Source of the DNA: Candidatus Woesearchaeota archaeon
GTDB taxonomy: Archaea; Nanobdellota; Nanobdellia; Pacearchaeales; GW2011-AR1
Assembly (NCBI GenBank): GCA_964507595.1
Contig: CAZDPO010000001.1
Span: forward strand, 1 to 44,144
Direction: 5' to 3'
Length of the DNA stretch: 44,144 nucleotides
In this document: positions 44,045 to 44,144 of the stretch, piece after piece
How positions within the stretch are numbered: the stretch's first letter is position 1
How the letters are laid out: each line of letters opens with the position of its first letter
Program-made: the position numbers and the translations under genes
Notes under the pieces: generated by a model
Told to the model about the DNA's origin: nothing
What the model saw: only the letters and a program-made list of their open reading frames with translations
The model's database searches: none

Positions 44045-44144
44045 TTAATCTTCATCAAACTTGTCATCTAAATCGTCATCATCCATTCCTTCATCATCGT
44101 CATCATCTATTGTTTCATTTTCATCTTCTGACATTAGGTTTTCC
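44045..44144 (-). CDS. 3' end of a gene encoding a strongly acidic C-terminal tail (partial, runs off the window)
   Basis: The open frame reads ...ENLMSEDENETIDDDDDEGMDDDDLDDKFDED*. Its identity cannot be determined. Confidence 0.25.
   Translation of the reverse strand, partial: ENLMSEDENETIDDDDDEGMDDDDLDDKFDED

Noticed and set aside
1-44144. Looked for CRISPR arrays, rRNA genes, transposases/integrases, reverse transcriptases and long direct or terminal repeats
   Set aside because: There are no regularly spaced repeats. No intergenic gap is longer than about 160 nt, and no ORF has DDE, tyrosine- or serine-recombinase, RT or Cas signatures. The only mobile elements supported are the two inteins.

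Overview
This is an AT-rich, gene-dense archaeal chromosomal segment. Its style fits a small-genome DPANN-type archaeon, but that placement is an inference. I support about 65 protein genes and 2 intron-containing tRNAs (Ile-GAU, Asn-GUU). I saw no rRNA, CRISPR array, transposase or integrase.

Recognisable content is mostly core information processing:
- Translation: aRF1, ValRS, MetRS plus a separate tRNA-binding domain, a free-standing ThrRS editing domain, aIF2-beta, aIF1A, a KH protein, L15e, Taw3.
- Replication and division: MCM, ATP-dependent DNA ligase, an RPA2-like OB-fold protein, FtsZ, MinD.
- Transcription and export: TBP, Sec61-beta, NAC.
- Regulators: two Lrp/AsnC and two TrmB family proteins.
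- Other: a rubrerythrin/desulfoferrodoxin cluster, two MFS transporters, a RelE-type toxin-antitoxin pair.

Many genes have a TATA-like box 20-24 nt upstream of the ATG, which suggests leaderless mRNAs. A subset instead has a GGAG(A/G) Shine-Dalgarno-like motif. Several ORF-track starts are TTG or GTG, and I moved these to the ATG that has such a signal.

The most notable observations:
- A full-length LAGLIDADG intein splits the catalytic GGQ motif of aRF1. A second intein sits after the Walker B segment of MCM.
- MetRS is split exactly at a domain boundary.
- A stand-alone ThrRS editing domain is present.
- A three-gene orphan cassette (29090..30318) includes a HicA-like protein and carries palindrome-flanked starts.
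- An HTH plus PD-(D/E)xK-like ORF reads through the 5' exon of tRNA-Asn and stops inside its intron.
- A multi-pass membrane protein is fused to an AlbA_2/Schlafen-type domain and is convergent with an HExxH protein.

All homology calls are from motif recognition by eye. No database search was run.
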